Positions 25,650 through 38,330 of a stretch of DNA of 64,000 nt are shown in pieces. This DNA comes from Octopus sinensis (Eukaryota): positions 155,744,001 through 155,808,000 of the forward strand of contig NC_042998.1 in NCBI RefSeq assembly GCF_006345805.1. Reading direction: 5' to 3'. The notes below the pieces were generated by a model, which was not told where the DNA came from, did no database searches, and saw only the letters and a list, made by a program, of their open reading frames with translations. A program made the position numbers and the translations under genes. Every line of letters begins with the position of its first letter. The first letter of the stretch is position 1.

Positions 25650-26165
25650 AATATTAAAGTTTCTAAGTCTCTCTAAAGGAGATTACGGCAGCGTTACTGG
25701 ATATTAATAGTTATCGCCAAGCTAATATGGTAGTCTATAAATAAAAGACTAAAGCTGCCGCTGATCAGCTCCAAGAGGCAATCGCTTCTAGCTAGCTATA
25801 TGACACACGAACCTGTGTCCATTATAACCTTCGAACAGGGGAGGTCAGCCACTTCACCTTGCTGGTCAGACATCTGCAGACATGTTTCAGGGTAGTTGCC
25901 CTTTACCAATGCAGAGTAGTCAGACCCAGCAGGTGTCGCTACCGACCGTCTGTTCGAAGGATTTATTTACCTAATTTCAGTGGAATACATCCACTTGTTT
26001 TCAAAAATAGAAATATTAAAGTTTCTAAGTGTCTCTAAAGGAGATTACGGCAGCGTTACTGGATATTAATAGTTATCGCCAAGCTAATATGGTAGTCTAT
26101 AAATAAAAGACTAAAGCTGCCGCTGATTAACTCTTAGAGGCCATCGCCTCTAGCAGCTATATGAC
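25650..26165 (-). mobile_element. 1.4-unit copy of the 365-nt retrozyme-like element
   Basis: Reverse complement of the 15548 unit. About 150 bp of terminal redundancy (25650-25800 vs 26012-26165). (TA)n on both sides. Confidence 0.85.
25873..25915 (-). ncRNA. Hammerhead of the 365-nt family, core mutated (TTGGTAA)
   Basis: Minus strand: TCTGCA TTGGTAA AGGG-CAACTA-CCCT GAAA CATG TC / TGCAGA. Stem I shows a compensatory G-C to T-A change. Confidence 0.7.
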
Positions 26166-26192
26166 GTATATATGTCTATATATATATATATA

Positions 26193-26245
<53 letters not shown>

Positions 26246-26406
26246 GTATATATAATATATATATATGGTAATAATATTAGGGAACCCAACATTTATTGAA
26301 CAACAACAATTTTAGACCATTCTATATAAACTCAGTACTAATTCAATCAGTATCAATTCTATGACTGCTAATTTAATATTAAAAACATTTACCATCCAAT
26401 TTAATT

Positions 26407-26473
26407 CCTAGACCATGGTTTCTGACTTATTTCAGTTAAAAAAGATTTACTGAGGCCAGTCTTCATCAGTAAG
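26407..26473 (-). ncRNA. Type I hammerhead ribozyme
   Basis: Minus strand: CTTA CTGATGA A-GACT..TCAGT..ACTGA..AGTC-A GAAA CCATGG TC / TAGG. Palindromic ACCATGGT stem III. Confidence 0.72.
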
Positions 26474-26660
26474 TAGGTAGCCTTTAGATTTTAAATATAC
26501 ACACAACAAGATCGATTCCACATGATAACTCGTTTGTATATTCTAACTTTTCAAATCCACTATGCAGATGCAGTTTATTTCCGGCAACAGAAAAGATGCC
26601 AGAAAAACCCCGAACAAGTTTATCAAAAATCATTTAAACATCATAAATAATATTTTATAA

Positions 26661-26726
<66 letters not shown>

Positions 26727-26803
26727 CATATTCAAATGTGTGTGTATTTTGTTTATTTTACATTTATATTTATATTTATAATTATAACTTAACTTTTGTA
26801 CTT

Positions 26804-26930
26804 TATAATCTCTGACGAAGCCTAGAGATATATACAAGTACCTCATTTTCATCTGCCTTGAGTAATCCACTTGAGTAATATAGGAAGAAAGAGGTACTTT
26901 TATCTATTCGCTGAAACAGCTGTAAGTTAT
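26804..26930 (+). ncRNA. Type I hammerhead with stem II insert of about 94 nt
   Basis: ATAATCT CTGACGA AGC..AAGTACCTC..GAGGTACTT..GCT GAAA CAGCTG TA / AGTTAT. Predicted cleavage after 26924. AATAAA lies downstream. Confidence 0.72.
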
Positions 26931-27137
26931 TTTACCAATTTATATTCATGTTTTTTAATAATTACTTGTATCCTTATCTTATATGCAAAGAATAATAAGC
27001 TATATGTATGTAAGTTATTATAATTATCAGTTTAATAAATAAATAAGTTAACATTTTAATGTCCAAAAGTTGATGAACCACCTATTCTTCTCCTCTATTT
27101 TCTTATTTGCAATATATATATATATATATATATATAT

Positions 27138-27874
27138 ATGGATGACCAGATATTGATTGACTTTCGTTGCTTTACTCTCTGCCTGTGTGAATAACCTTCA
27201 AGTATTTTGGTTTCTCTGGAAGACCCTTTTTAAAGTAGAAGAAATAGCTAAGAATTTTTGGCTGCTATTTCTGAGCTTCGATGTGTGGTGAAGCAATTCT
27301 TTGCTGAACCCTTTTTATTAGTATTACTAAAGTTTACCGTGAAACGGTCCTGTTTTCATACCGAATTCTACTTGGTGAAATTATTGATTACTTCTTAATT
27401 AATTAATTTTAACCTTTGTTATTACTGATAATAGAACTTTCTCCCAGAGAACAAGCTGCAGATTTTTTTCTGTAGTAGTTTACTTGAAGACACACGCGTA
27501 AGGGCGGGGGAAGCTAAGCGATCCTCATTCATATTTTGAATTTGGCGGTGCTAACATTGAACATGAGCGGTCTAATGCCGTTAGGTGGAAAGATTCGTTC
27601 AAATATTCTAGTACCTTCGAATTATCACGGAAAACCATGCTGATGAAGAATATGGTTAGTAAAGTATATTTTTTAATATTCTTTATGAAAAACCTAATTC
27701 AGAAACGCGCGTCCATGGACGACCAGATATTGATTGACTTTCGTTGCTTTACTCTCTGCATGTATGAATAACCTTCAAGTATTTTGGTTTCTCTGGAAGA
27801 TCCTTTTTAAAGTAGAAGAAATAGCTAAGAATTTTTGGCTGCTATTTTTGAGCTTCGGTGTGTGGGGAAGCAAT
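27138..27874 (+). mobile_element. 1.28-unit HHR element, 577-nt period
   Basis: 27138-27297 is repeated at 27715-27874. Flanked by (TA)n. One HHR sits at the unit junction. Confidence 0.85.
27635..27718 (+). ncRNA. Type I hammerhead ribozyme
   Basis: CCATG CTGATGA A-GAAT...ATTC-A GAAA CGCGCG TC / CATGG. Predicted cleavage after 27713. Confidence 0.8.
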
Positions 27875-27957
27875 ATATATATATGTGTGTGTGTGTGTGT
27901 GTCGGTAAATATGTAAATATATACATATGTACATGTATATATGTAAATATACATATG

Positions 27958-28019
<62 letters not shown>

Positions 28020-28025
28020 TATATA

Positions 28026-29340
28026 TCATCATCATCATCGGTTAACGTCCGTTTTCCTTGCTGGCATGGATTGGATGGTTCAACTGGGATCTGGAAAGCC
28101 AGGAGGTTGCACCAGACTCCAGTCTGATCTGGCAATGTTTCTACAGCTGGATGTCCTTCCTTACGCCAACCACTTCGAGAGCGTAGTGGGTGCTTTTTAT
28201 GTGCCACCGGCACAGGAGCCAGAGGGGGCTGGCATCAGCCATGATCCCATGGCGCTTTTTACGTGCCACCGGCACGGAAGCCAGTCGAGTTGGTGCTGGC
28301 AATGGCCACATTCAGACAATGCTTTTTACGTGCCACCGGCACGGAAGCCAGTCAAGTTGGTGCTGGCAATGGCCACATTCAGACAATGCTTTTTACGTGC
28401 CACCGACACGAAAGTCAGACGGGGCAAGGGGGATGGCAGCAACCACATTCAGATGGTGCTTTTTACGTTCCACCGGCACGGGGACCACAACTACAGTTTC
28501 CATTTGATTGTGATTTGATTTGACGTTGATGTACTTGACTCAGTAGGTCTCCTCAAGCGTGGAATGTTGCCCTACGATCCAAGGGTACTTTTCAGTTAGC
28601 TGGTTATGCGACACTGGTGTAGGTTACAGCTGTGATTTCACTTTATTTACCGGGTCTTCTCAGTTACAGCATATCTCCAGAGGTCTTGGTCTTTCGTCAT
28701 TTCTTCTGTGAGGCCTAATATTCGAAGGTCATGCTTCACCACCTCATCCCATGTCTCCCTGGGTCTCCTTTTACCCCGGATTCCTTCAACTGTTTGGGAG
28801 TGGCACTTCTTCACACAGCTCTCCTCATCCATCCATAGTACATTACCATACCAACACAAGCGTCTCTCTTGCATGCCACATCCAATGTTTCTTATGTCTA
28901 ACATTTCTCTCAGGGCGCTTACACTCAGTCGTGTGTGCACACTGACATTACACATCCAACGGATCAAGCTAGCTCCATTTCTTTCGAGCCAAAGCATGTC
29001 TTCAGCAGTCATGGCCCATGCTTCACTACCATGAAGCATGGCAGTTCACACACATGTATCATACAATCTACTTTTCACTCTGAGCGAGAGGCCCTTTGTC
29101 ACCAGCAGGGCTAGAAGCCATCTGAACTTTGCCCAGGCAATTCTTATTCCAGTGGTAATGCTCTCTGAGCATCCACCCCAACTACTGACTTGGTCCCCTA
29201 GGTAGTGGAAACTATCAACTACTTCTAGTTTCTCCCCCTGGCATGTGATAGAATATATTTTCTGAGCATCTGTGGTGTTTATTTCCCCTGTGCATCTGCC
29301 GCACATGAAAGCTATCTTCCTGGTTAATCTTTCTTTGCTG
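28026..29340 (-). mobile_element. Degraded 5'-truncated RTE LINE
   Basis: (GAT)n tail, MLHGSEAW...RRPRETW and VVDSFHYLGDQV. Confidence 0.85.
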
Positions 29341-29411
29341 TATATATATATATATGTAAATATATACATGTATATATGTAAATATGTGCGTGTATGTATG
29401 TATGTATATGT

Positions 29412-29444
<33 letters not shown>

Positions 29445-29445
<1 letters not shown>

Positions 29446-30300
29446 CATCATCATCGTTTAACGTGTGTTTTTCATGCTGGCATGAGTTGGACAGTTTCAC
29501 TGAGGTCCAATCTGATCTGGCAATGTTTCTACAGCTGGATGCCCTTCCTAACGCCAACCACTCTGAGAGTGTAGTGGGTGCCTTTTATGTGCCATCGGCA
29601 CAAGTGCCAGTCAGGCGGGCCTGGTATCGATCACGTTCAGATAGTGCTTTTTACGTGTCACCACCAGGGGTGCCAGTCATACAGTTCTGGCGTCGATCAC
29701 TTTTGGATAGTGCTTTTTACATGCCCCCGGCACGGGAGCCAGTCAGGCAGACCTAGTATCGACCACGTTTTGATGGTGCTTTTTATGTGCCACCAGCACG
29801 GGAGCCAGTCAGGGGGCACTGGCCAAAGCTATGATATTGGTTTTACTTGACTCAACCGGTCTTTCTCTCAGGGCGCTTACGCTCTGTCTCTCAGGACTCT
29901 AACCCACTAACATTACACATCTAGCTTCATTTCTTTCCAGCCAACACATGTCCTCAGAAGTCATGGCCCCTGTTTTACTACAATGTAGCATGGCAGTTCA
30001 CACACATACATCATACAGTCTACCTTTCATCATGTGTGAGAGGCCCTTAGTTGCCAGTAGAGGTAGGAGCTTTCTGAACTTTGCCCAGGCTATTCTTTTT
30101 CTAGCTACTGCACTCTCAGAGCAACCACCCCACTACAGATTTGGTCGCCTAGGTAGCAGAAGCTATTAACTACTAGTTTCTTTCCCTAGCATGTGGTTAG
30201 AATCTGTTTTCTGTACATCTTCAGAGTTTATTGCTCCTGTGCATCTGTCACACAAAAACTTCCCGGTTAACCTTCCTTACACCGAGTACATCGTATGGAG
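29445..30300 (-). mobile_element. Degraded RTE LINE 3' end with internal deletion
   Basis: (GAT)n tail and GGGCATCCAGCTGTAG motif; ORF-end homology at 29860-30300. Confidence 0.75.
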
Positions 30301-30486
30301 TTTCTACCCATGCCTTATATGTATGCCAGAAGATTTGCAAATCTAATGGATAGCTCAAAGACATTTTAAGATCCACAAAACTCAGAACTTATCTGCTGCT
30401 CTTGGTGGTTCAAATCAGATATGCAATCTATGTGGATGTGTTTTCAAAACATTGTTTGATTTTAAAAGCCACATCAGATGACATGG

Positions 30487-31008
30487 TCATGCGGCGAGAA
30501 TGGATGAGGATAGCTGTGTGAAAAAGTGCCACACCCTAGTGGTTGAGGGAACCTGTGGAAGAGGTAGACCCAGGAAGGCCTGGAACGAGGTGGTGAAGCA
30601 CGACCTTCGAAAATTTGGGTTCACTGAGGCAATGACTAGTGACCGAGACCTTTGGAAATATGCTGTGCTTGAGAAGACCCGGCAAGCCAAGTGAGCCCAT
30701 AACCCGTGGCCTATTCCAGTAGTGTAACCAGCCCACTTATGTGTACCTTTCCTTCATTGGATACTAAACTCTGCTTGCGAAGACCTGTTGAAGCAAGTGA
30801 AATCAAAATCGAAATCAAATTTGATGACTGGCATCTATGCTAGTGGAGCACTAAGAGCACCATCCGAGTGTGATCGTTGCTGACTGGCTTCCGTGCTGGA
30901 GGCATGTAAAAAGCACCATTTCAGCGTGATCGCCAGTCCTCAGTTAAATCGTCCAACCCATGCCAGCATAGAAAGCGGACGTTAAACGATGATGATGATT
31001 ATGATGAT
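30487..31008 (+). mobile_element. RTE LINE 3' end
   Basis: MDEDSCVKKCHTLVVEGTCGRGRPRKAW...EKTRQAK*, then the UTR and a (GAT)n tail. Confidence 0.85.
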
Positions 31009-31364
31009 ATATATATATAAAACACCAAGTAAGTTAGGGGTTGTGGATCCAACCCACTAAGGGATAATATTTATCCAATATACTATATTAATACAAAAGT
31101 GTTTTTAATTACAATGCAATTAACTTACTTATTGTATTAAATGGGTGAAGGTAAAGAAATATTTTACTGTTAATTTATAATACAAATAAGAAAATGGAGA
31201 AACAATTTAGTTGGTTCATCAGGTTTCAGATATTAGAATGTTGACTTATTTATTTAACAAAAACGAGAACCTTAATAACATACATATATACACTATAATT
31301 CAATACATATAAGATAAGAATACAATTATAAAAATCTTAACATGAATTATTGAAATCATTAAAA

Positions 31365-31495
31365 TCACTCTTACAGCTTTTTCAGCCTATGGAAAAAAGT
31401 AATTTTTCAGTGCCTATAGTTGTCAATTATATTGAGGTTGCAGGCATTTAAAAATAGGGTACTTATATATAGCCATAGGCCTCGTCAGAGATTAT
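31365..31495 (-). ncRNA. Hammerhead with long stem II, stem III mutated
   Basis: Minus strand: ATAATCT CTGACGA GGCCTATGG...CCATAGGCT GAAA AAGCTG TA / AGA. It lies inside a family copy spanning about 31020-31560. Confidence 0.65.
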
Positions 31496-31720
31496 AAAGA
31501 ACTTTCAAAATACAAATACATGATACAAGAAACACGTACAATTTAATATATATAAATATGAACAAATATCCATACACACACACACACACATATATACATA
31601 AGCAAAGTATGTACACCTTTACATGTGTATAAATTCATAAATAAGCTCAATTAAACAATACGTCCAAGCAAATAGACTATTCGTCATATACATATATATA
31701 CATATATACCGGAACATATA

Positions 31721-31774
<54 letters not shown>

Positions 31775-31971
31775 TATTATTATTATTATTATTATTATAT
31801 TTATCAATAATAACAATATTATTATTTATAGAGACTTAGTAATTTTAATATTTCTATTAACAATATTATTAGATTTAGAGTAATCTTCATTTCACAATAC
31901 ATATTATAGTATATTCCAATATATCATATATTACGATACAATATATATAATTCATTGCGCATAATCAATAC

Positions 31972-32009
<38 letters not shown>

Positions 32010-32842
32010 CATACAGTTAGACCAGGGTTGTTACAATATTGTTCTTCTTCATGCACACAAGTCCATGCGTATGGGCAACCAATAGAAGCAACATGTACAT
32101 ATATATACATACGCACAAATATACACCAATATCTATATGAGAATTTTTTTCTTTTCGTCAGTTAAATTATACGCATATGTATATGTTTATCCATCGAATT
32201 AATATGATTTCACAGAATATTTTTACAGAATATTTCATAATAAGAAAACATTTATCTATTTAAGATATAATAGATAAGCTATAAGAGCCATGTTATGTTA
32301 CATATTAATATTTTACAGTTTTAAAATTATTGGGGGTTAGTGAGCGATTATTTTTAATCATAAGCTAAATCTAATTGGTTAACAAATTTGAATTTCTACG
32401 TCTCAGTTACGGTTAGTTAATAAAAGACCAAATGATTAAGTAAATATACCGTGTTAATCTCTCGTAATTACAATGTATATCCTTAAATTAACTTTCAAAT
32501 ATTAATCGTAAACAAAGAATTCTTATAATAAGCAATACAAGTGTATGTTAATACATGAATATTTATCTACAAAATTTAATAAAGCATATAAAAATTCAAC
32601 CATATGCTATATAGATTTTACATATACATATATATACACATATGCATACATAAAGACACACACACACACGCATATATATATATACATATACACATGTACA
32701 TATATATACATATATATACATATCACATACCATAAACGTATCCGTTGAAATATACAGATATGCACATATACATAAATATACATGCATACATATATATGAT
32801 ATACTCTTACACAAAGTGACAGATACATATATACAGTCCTAC

Positions 32843-32911
<69 letters not shown>

Positions 32912-33519
32912 TAAGCAATTAAGGGTTTAGCAACGAATTGCCTCACCATCCTCGAATGAGGCTTTTACATGCTGAAATCTACTTAGTATTACTTAAATTT
33001 TCCTCGAATGAGGCTTTTACATGCCGAAATCTACTTGGTGTAATTGATAATTATTCCAAATTAATTAATTTCACCCTTTATTGTTACTGATAACTATATA
33101 TATATATATACATACACATACATTTATACATCAACATATAAATCAATATATATATATACACACACATACAAACACATACATATCCATATACTTATATACA
33201 TTTAGGTCTACAATTAAACTAATTATAAGTAAAATAATTATATACACAGCACGTTCATTAAATAAATAAACGAGAACTTACTTATGTCTATAACTGCATT
33301 TGTATAGACACAATACATTTTCCATACATACGATATTACTAGATAAACATATATACCCATATATATCTCCACACATAACATATATTTATACATACATATA
33401 TATGTACATGCATATATAACTTAAAAAGTGTAATTGTAGAATAAGAGAAAATTGTGTATTTAATAATGACTGCATTAGGAAGGAGGTAGTATATCAATGT
33501 ATAGTAAGTATACAATACG

Positions 33520-33848
33520 ACAAGAAAGTTTATATCGGAGCTACAAAGAATAATTTGAAACAAAGACTTAATTATCACAGATATACTTTTAAAAATAGAA
33601 ATAGGAGTAATTCTACAGGGTTAAGTAGATATATATGGGAAGTTAAGGATAAAAAAATAAATTATAATTTACAATGGAAAATACTAATATCAGCACCTGC
33701 GTATAATAATAAAAACAGAAAATGTTCACTATTCATTAATGAAATTTTCTTTTTAATTAGGGCTAATTTACCAATCATTAACAATTTTAAGGAACGCAAT
33801 GCTTCATGTCTTCATAAAATTGGGTTTACTTTCTCCAGATATAAATAG
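33520..33848 (+). pseudogene. PLE GIY-YIG C-terminal remnant
   Basis: VYIGATKNNLKQRLNYHRYTF...LSRYIWEVK...WKIL...KCSLFINE; related to 22210-22546. Confidence 0.8.
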
Positions 33849-34267
33849 TACTTATTATAATCTGCCCTTTGAACCCAATACAAATAGTTATAGCGAGCAT
33901 TTTTACTTTAAAATATATTTATTAGTAGTTAAATTGTAATGGATTGTGAATATTTGGATCTTTGTATATGTATGTATATGTGTGTAATGTGTGTATATGT
34001 CTGTGTATTTTTTTTGTATATATATGTGTGTATATATGTGTATATATATGTGTATATATCTATATGTGTTTGAGGTCGTGGTCTGAAAGCGATGAAAATA
34101 TTTTGGCAAAGTAAATTGAAATGTTGAAGGGAATCTAACGGTTCTTGTGTGTTTTTAAATGGCTTATAAGTACCTTCCACGCTGCAATTGTTTTTGTTTC
34201 AGCACACAATCCCAGATCAGGTCACTTGCTATGCAAATACATCTCCTATATATATATTTATATATTT

Positions 34268-34580
34268 GTGGAGGTACATGGCTTAGTGATTAGAGTATTT
34301 GACTCATGATCATAAAGTCATGAGTTTGATTACTGGTGGTACATTGTGTCTTTGTGCAAGACATTTTATTTCATGTTGCTCAAGTCCACTCAGCTGGTAA
34401 AAGTGAATAGTACATGTATTTCAAAGGACCAGCCTTGTCACATTCTGTTATACTGAATCTTCCTGAGAACTATGTTAAGGGTACATGTGTCTGTGGAGTG
34501 CTCAGCTACTTACCCATTAATTTAATGAGCAGGCTGTTCTATTGACTGGATAAACTAGAACCCTTGTCATTGTACCCAAT
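34268..34580 (+). mobile_element. Degenerate tRNA-derived SINE
   Basis: Eroded A/B boxes (TGGCTTAGTG, GAGTTTGATTAC), a SINE body and an (ATT)n tail. Confidence 0.65.
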
Positions 34581-34583
34581 GAC

Positions 34584-34617
<34 letters not shown>

Positions 34618-34639
34618 GTTATTGTTGTTGTTATTATTA

Positions 34640-37600
34640 TTATTTCATATACGCACAACAGATTAAACTGTTGGAAAAGAAAAATTCTTAACACTGAGCT
34701 ACAACAAGTAACCTTATATGTTAAGAGCGGTTCTATGTATTCTAGCTGTCTCTAGTGACACTGTTTTCTGGAGCTGCACTAAACTAGGTTTTATGCCTGT
34801 TTCCTCTACCCATCAATTCAAATCTTTAGAGATAGTTCCTAATGCACCTATAACTACAGGGATACATTTTACCTGAACTTTCTATAGTCTCTGTAACTCA
34901 ATGGCTACGTCCTCATACCTTGTTGTTTTCTCTAGACCTCTCATATTGACTTTTTCATTATTTGAGACTGTAAAGTCAGTTATTTGGCGCTTTCTGTTCT
35001 CTTTGTGTACTACTACTAAACCAGACCTTCTAGCTTCTATTACTCTATCTGAATTTTATATTTCTTATATTTCTTACTTTCTAGTACTTTACTAGGTTCA
35101 TGTTTATACCATTTATCAGTATGGTTAATCCGAGCTTTCTACATACTCTCCCTGGGTTTTCATGTCTTTTCTTGTATTCTTTCTGTGCCAGCATGCTACA
35201 TTCACTTAACATATGAGTAACATTTTCCTCTTTTTATTTACATAACCTACATTAGGAATCTACCTGAATTTTGTCTATCTTGGCTTTTGTCCAATTGGTC
35301 CTCAAAACTTTATCTTGTGCTGCTACTAACAAACTTTCTGTCTCCCTTTTCAACCTCCTTTTCTGCAACTATTACCATGTCTCACTACTACTATTTCCTG
35401 AAATTATCTTTGGGAAACTACCATGCAAAGCCTTCTCTTACCAGTTGAATAATCTTTCTTCTTACTTCTGGATTTTAACTTCATTTGACTTTTTGGTTTC
35501 CCTATCTCCTACTGTGATTCTAGCAGCTCTTAAACTTTCTTCACTATTACTTACCTAGGAGGCTATATTTTCTCTAGCTAACTCCATGCAGTCTTCTACA
35601 GATATTAACCCTCTTCCCTCTTTCTTTCTAGGTAAGTATAATGTTGCTTACTCCTGCTCTTGGGTGGCGTCCTCTATTCGTATTGAATTAATTCCTAGTT
35701 CTTCCGTCTAGAGTTGCTAATTCAGATTTGGTCCAATTTATAATAGCTGATGAGTATCTAAGTAATGACACTGCCCAAGTATTTACAGCCTTCACCAGAT
35801 TTGGATCATTTAGCTTTGACTTCAGTAGCTTCCTCACCCTTCTGATGTACTCCTTCTCAATTGTTGTTTTCATTTCTATAGTTAGTAAGTACTCTGTCAG
35901 ATTCTAGTACTCCTAGATACTTACAACTTTCTCTTTCTTTCAGTGATTTTTAATGACTGGCTATCTGGTAATTGGATGCCTTCAGTGTTGACTACCTGTC
36001 CTTTTCTCATGACTAATATTGCACAGATTCTATGACTAATATTGCCAGATTCTATGCCTATATCTTTGCTGTGGAGCCTTACAGTTTGAATTAAGAAATC
36101 TATCTCTTATTCATTCTTACTGAAAAGCTTCAGATCATCCATGTAGAGCAAATGGTTAATTTTTTCTTTGCTATTTCTGAACTGATGCCCTGCCTTTGCC
36201 TTCATCATCATCGTTTAACGTCCGTTTTCCATGCTAGCATGGGTTGGACAGTTCGACCGGAGTCTGGGAAGCCAGGAGGCTGCACCAGGCTCCAGTCTGA
36301 TCTGGCAGTGTTTCTACAGCTGGATGCTCTTCCTAACGCCAACCACTCCGTGAGTGTAGTGGGTGCATTTTACGTGCTACCGGCACAGGTGCCAGGCGAG
36401 GCTGGCAATGGCCACGATCGGCTGGTGCTTTTACGTGCCATCGGCACGGAAGCCAGTCAAGGCGGCGCTGGCATCGGCCACGTTCGGATGGTACTTTTTA
36501 CGTGCCACCGGCACAGGTATCACAACTGCCATTTCTATTTGATTTTTGATGTTGATGTACTTAATTCAATAGGTCTCCTCAAGCACAGGGTCGAAACGGT
36601 GTTTCTTTACTTGCCACCTGCACAGGAGTCAGTCCAGCGACACTGGCAATGACCTCGTTCGAATGTTTCTTTCACGTGCCAGTAAGGCGATGCTGGTAAC
36701 AATCATGCTCAAAAGGTGCTTTTTACGTGCCCACCGGCACGGAAACCAGACGGCTGCTCTAGCATTGGTCACGCTCGGATGGAGCAGTTAGCACTTCACT
36801 GGCACGGGTGCCAGTCATCGAATTTGGTTCAATTTCGATTTCACTTGCCCAACAGGTCTTTGCAAGCAGAGTTTAGTGTCCAATGAAGGGAGGCTGGCAT
36901 GGATGCCAGTCGTCGGATTTGGTTCGATTTCGAATTCAATTTTGATTTCATTTGCCTCAACAGGTCTTCGCAAGCAGAGTTTTGTGTCCAAAGAAGGAAG
37001 GTATGTTCAAAGAAGGAAGGTATGTCCAAAGAAGGTCGGTATTCCGTAATACTAAATTGAGGGGGATTAAACATAGGACAAATATTCTTTTCTGCTCTAG
37101 GCACAAAGCCCAACATTTTGGGGGAGGGAGCCAGTCGATTAGATCAACCCCAGTACACAACTGGTGCTTAATTTATAAACCCTGAAAGGAAGAAAAGCAT
37201 AAGACAAATATTAAAGGGGATAATGAGTCTCCTTGGAAAATTTCTCTCTTGATATTAACTTTCACCTGAGAAGAGATGTACTTTTCATTTTTTCATGGCT
37301 GAAGCTAATTAATTCTCTTATGTTGTCTGCAATACTGAATATACTCAGACATTCACTTATCCATGAGTGTGGGATCATATCATAGGCTTTCCTATAAACT
37401 ATCCATGCTATTGTTAAAATTTTCTTTCTAGATTTTACTTCATTTAGAACTGCTTTGTCTATGTATAATAGATCATGTGTTCCTCTAGCTTTCTTCCTGC
37501 AACTTTCTGTTCTTCTGGCAGCAAATTCTGGTTGTCAAGGTGTTCCCAAATGCTTTCTGAATGCATTCTTGTTAACAGCTTCCACACTAATGGTAAGCAA

Positions 37601-38330
37601 GAGATTGGTTTATAATTGCTAGCTATACTACCCTTGTGTTTCCTAACTTGCTCAGTTTCCAGGTTTCTCTTCTACTCAGATCTTGTCTTCACTTTATTTT
37701 GTAATCTCTTTTTCCACATTTGCTCTTTTATAATCTTCCCTTGAGGGATACCTAATCTTCTAGTAACTACTACCCTTCCTGTATAGATCAATATTTTTAG
37801 TATCTATCCTACTGATAACAGGAATCTAATTTCCTAGTCATATCTAGCAGTTTCCTTCTATTGGTACCTTTTCCTTTCTTCTTTACTTATTGCTTCCTGC
37901 AACTCATCTACAATCTTCTGATCTTCCTCACTTAAATCACTCAAGTCGCTGGTGCTGGTTGTCCTTTCCAGAGTAGTAGTACTATAATTATCTTTTCCTT
38001 TAGTTCTTTGGTTTGAACTGTATCTTTTATGTTGTTGTTTGGTTTTTCTACTGACTGGTGTTTCTTTTCCAGTTCTCTTGTGATATCTTCCACCTCCAAT
38101 TCTGTCATCCACTTTCTTCTCCTAATAGCATTAGTTTGGTCTACTGGTCTCTGCTCAGTCACTTTCAATATACCCTTCTCTCCCAAAACTGTTAACATCC
38201 ATTTTCTATAACCCCTTCTTTTAGGTTCATGTTCTAAGTAGCACTCCATCACTATCCTGTTTTCTTCATTCTATTATCTGCTGATGCTGTCTTAGGATAA
38301 CAGCTGTGGTCAGTCTTCATATGTACTGAA
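34640..38330 (-). mobile_element. Highly degraded R4/Dong-like (RLE-type) LINE, interrupted by later insertions
   Basis: Minus-strand motifs: QRPVDQTNAIRRRKWMTELEVEDI, YRKAYDMIPHSWISECL, LYMDDLK and KAVNTWAVSLLRYS. Clade assignment is from motif memory. Confidence 0.65.
36202..36965 (-). mobile_element. RTE LINE 3' UTR fragment
   Basis: (GAT)n tail, GCATCCAGCTGTAG motif and 58-bp-type subrepeats. Confidence 0.8.

Noticed and set aside
32155-32161. CTGACGA on the minus strand
   Set aside because: No GAAA, stem III or NUH in register downstream.
32945-33040. GAATGA-GGC..GCC-GAAA resembling an HHR core
   Set aside because: No CUGANGA and no stem I; it matches the terminal hairpin motif of the HHR elements instead.
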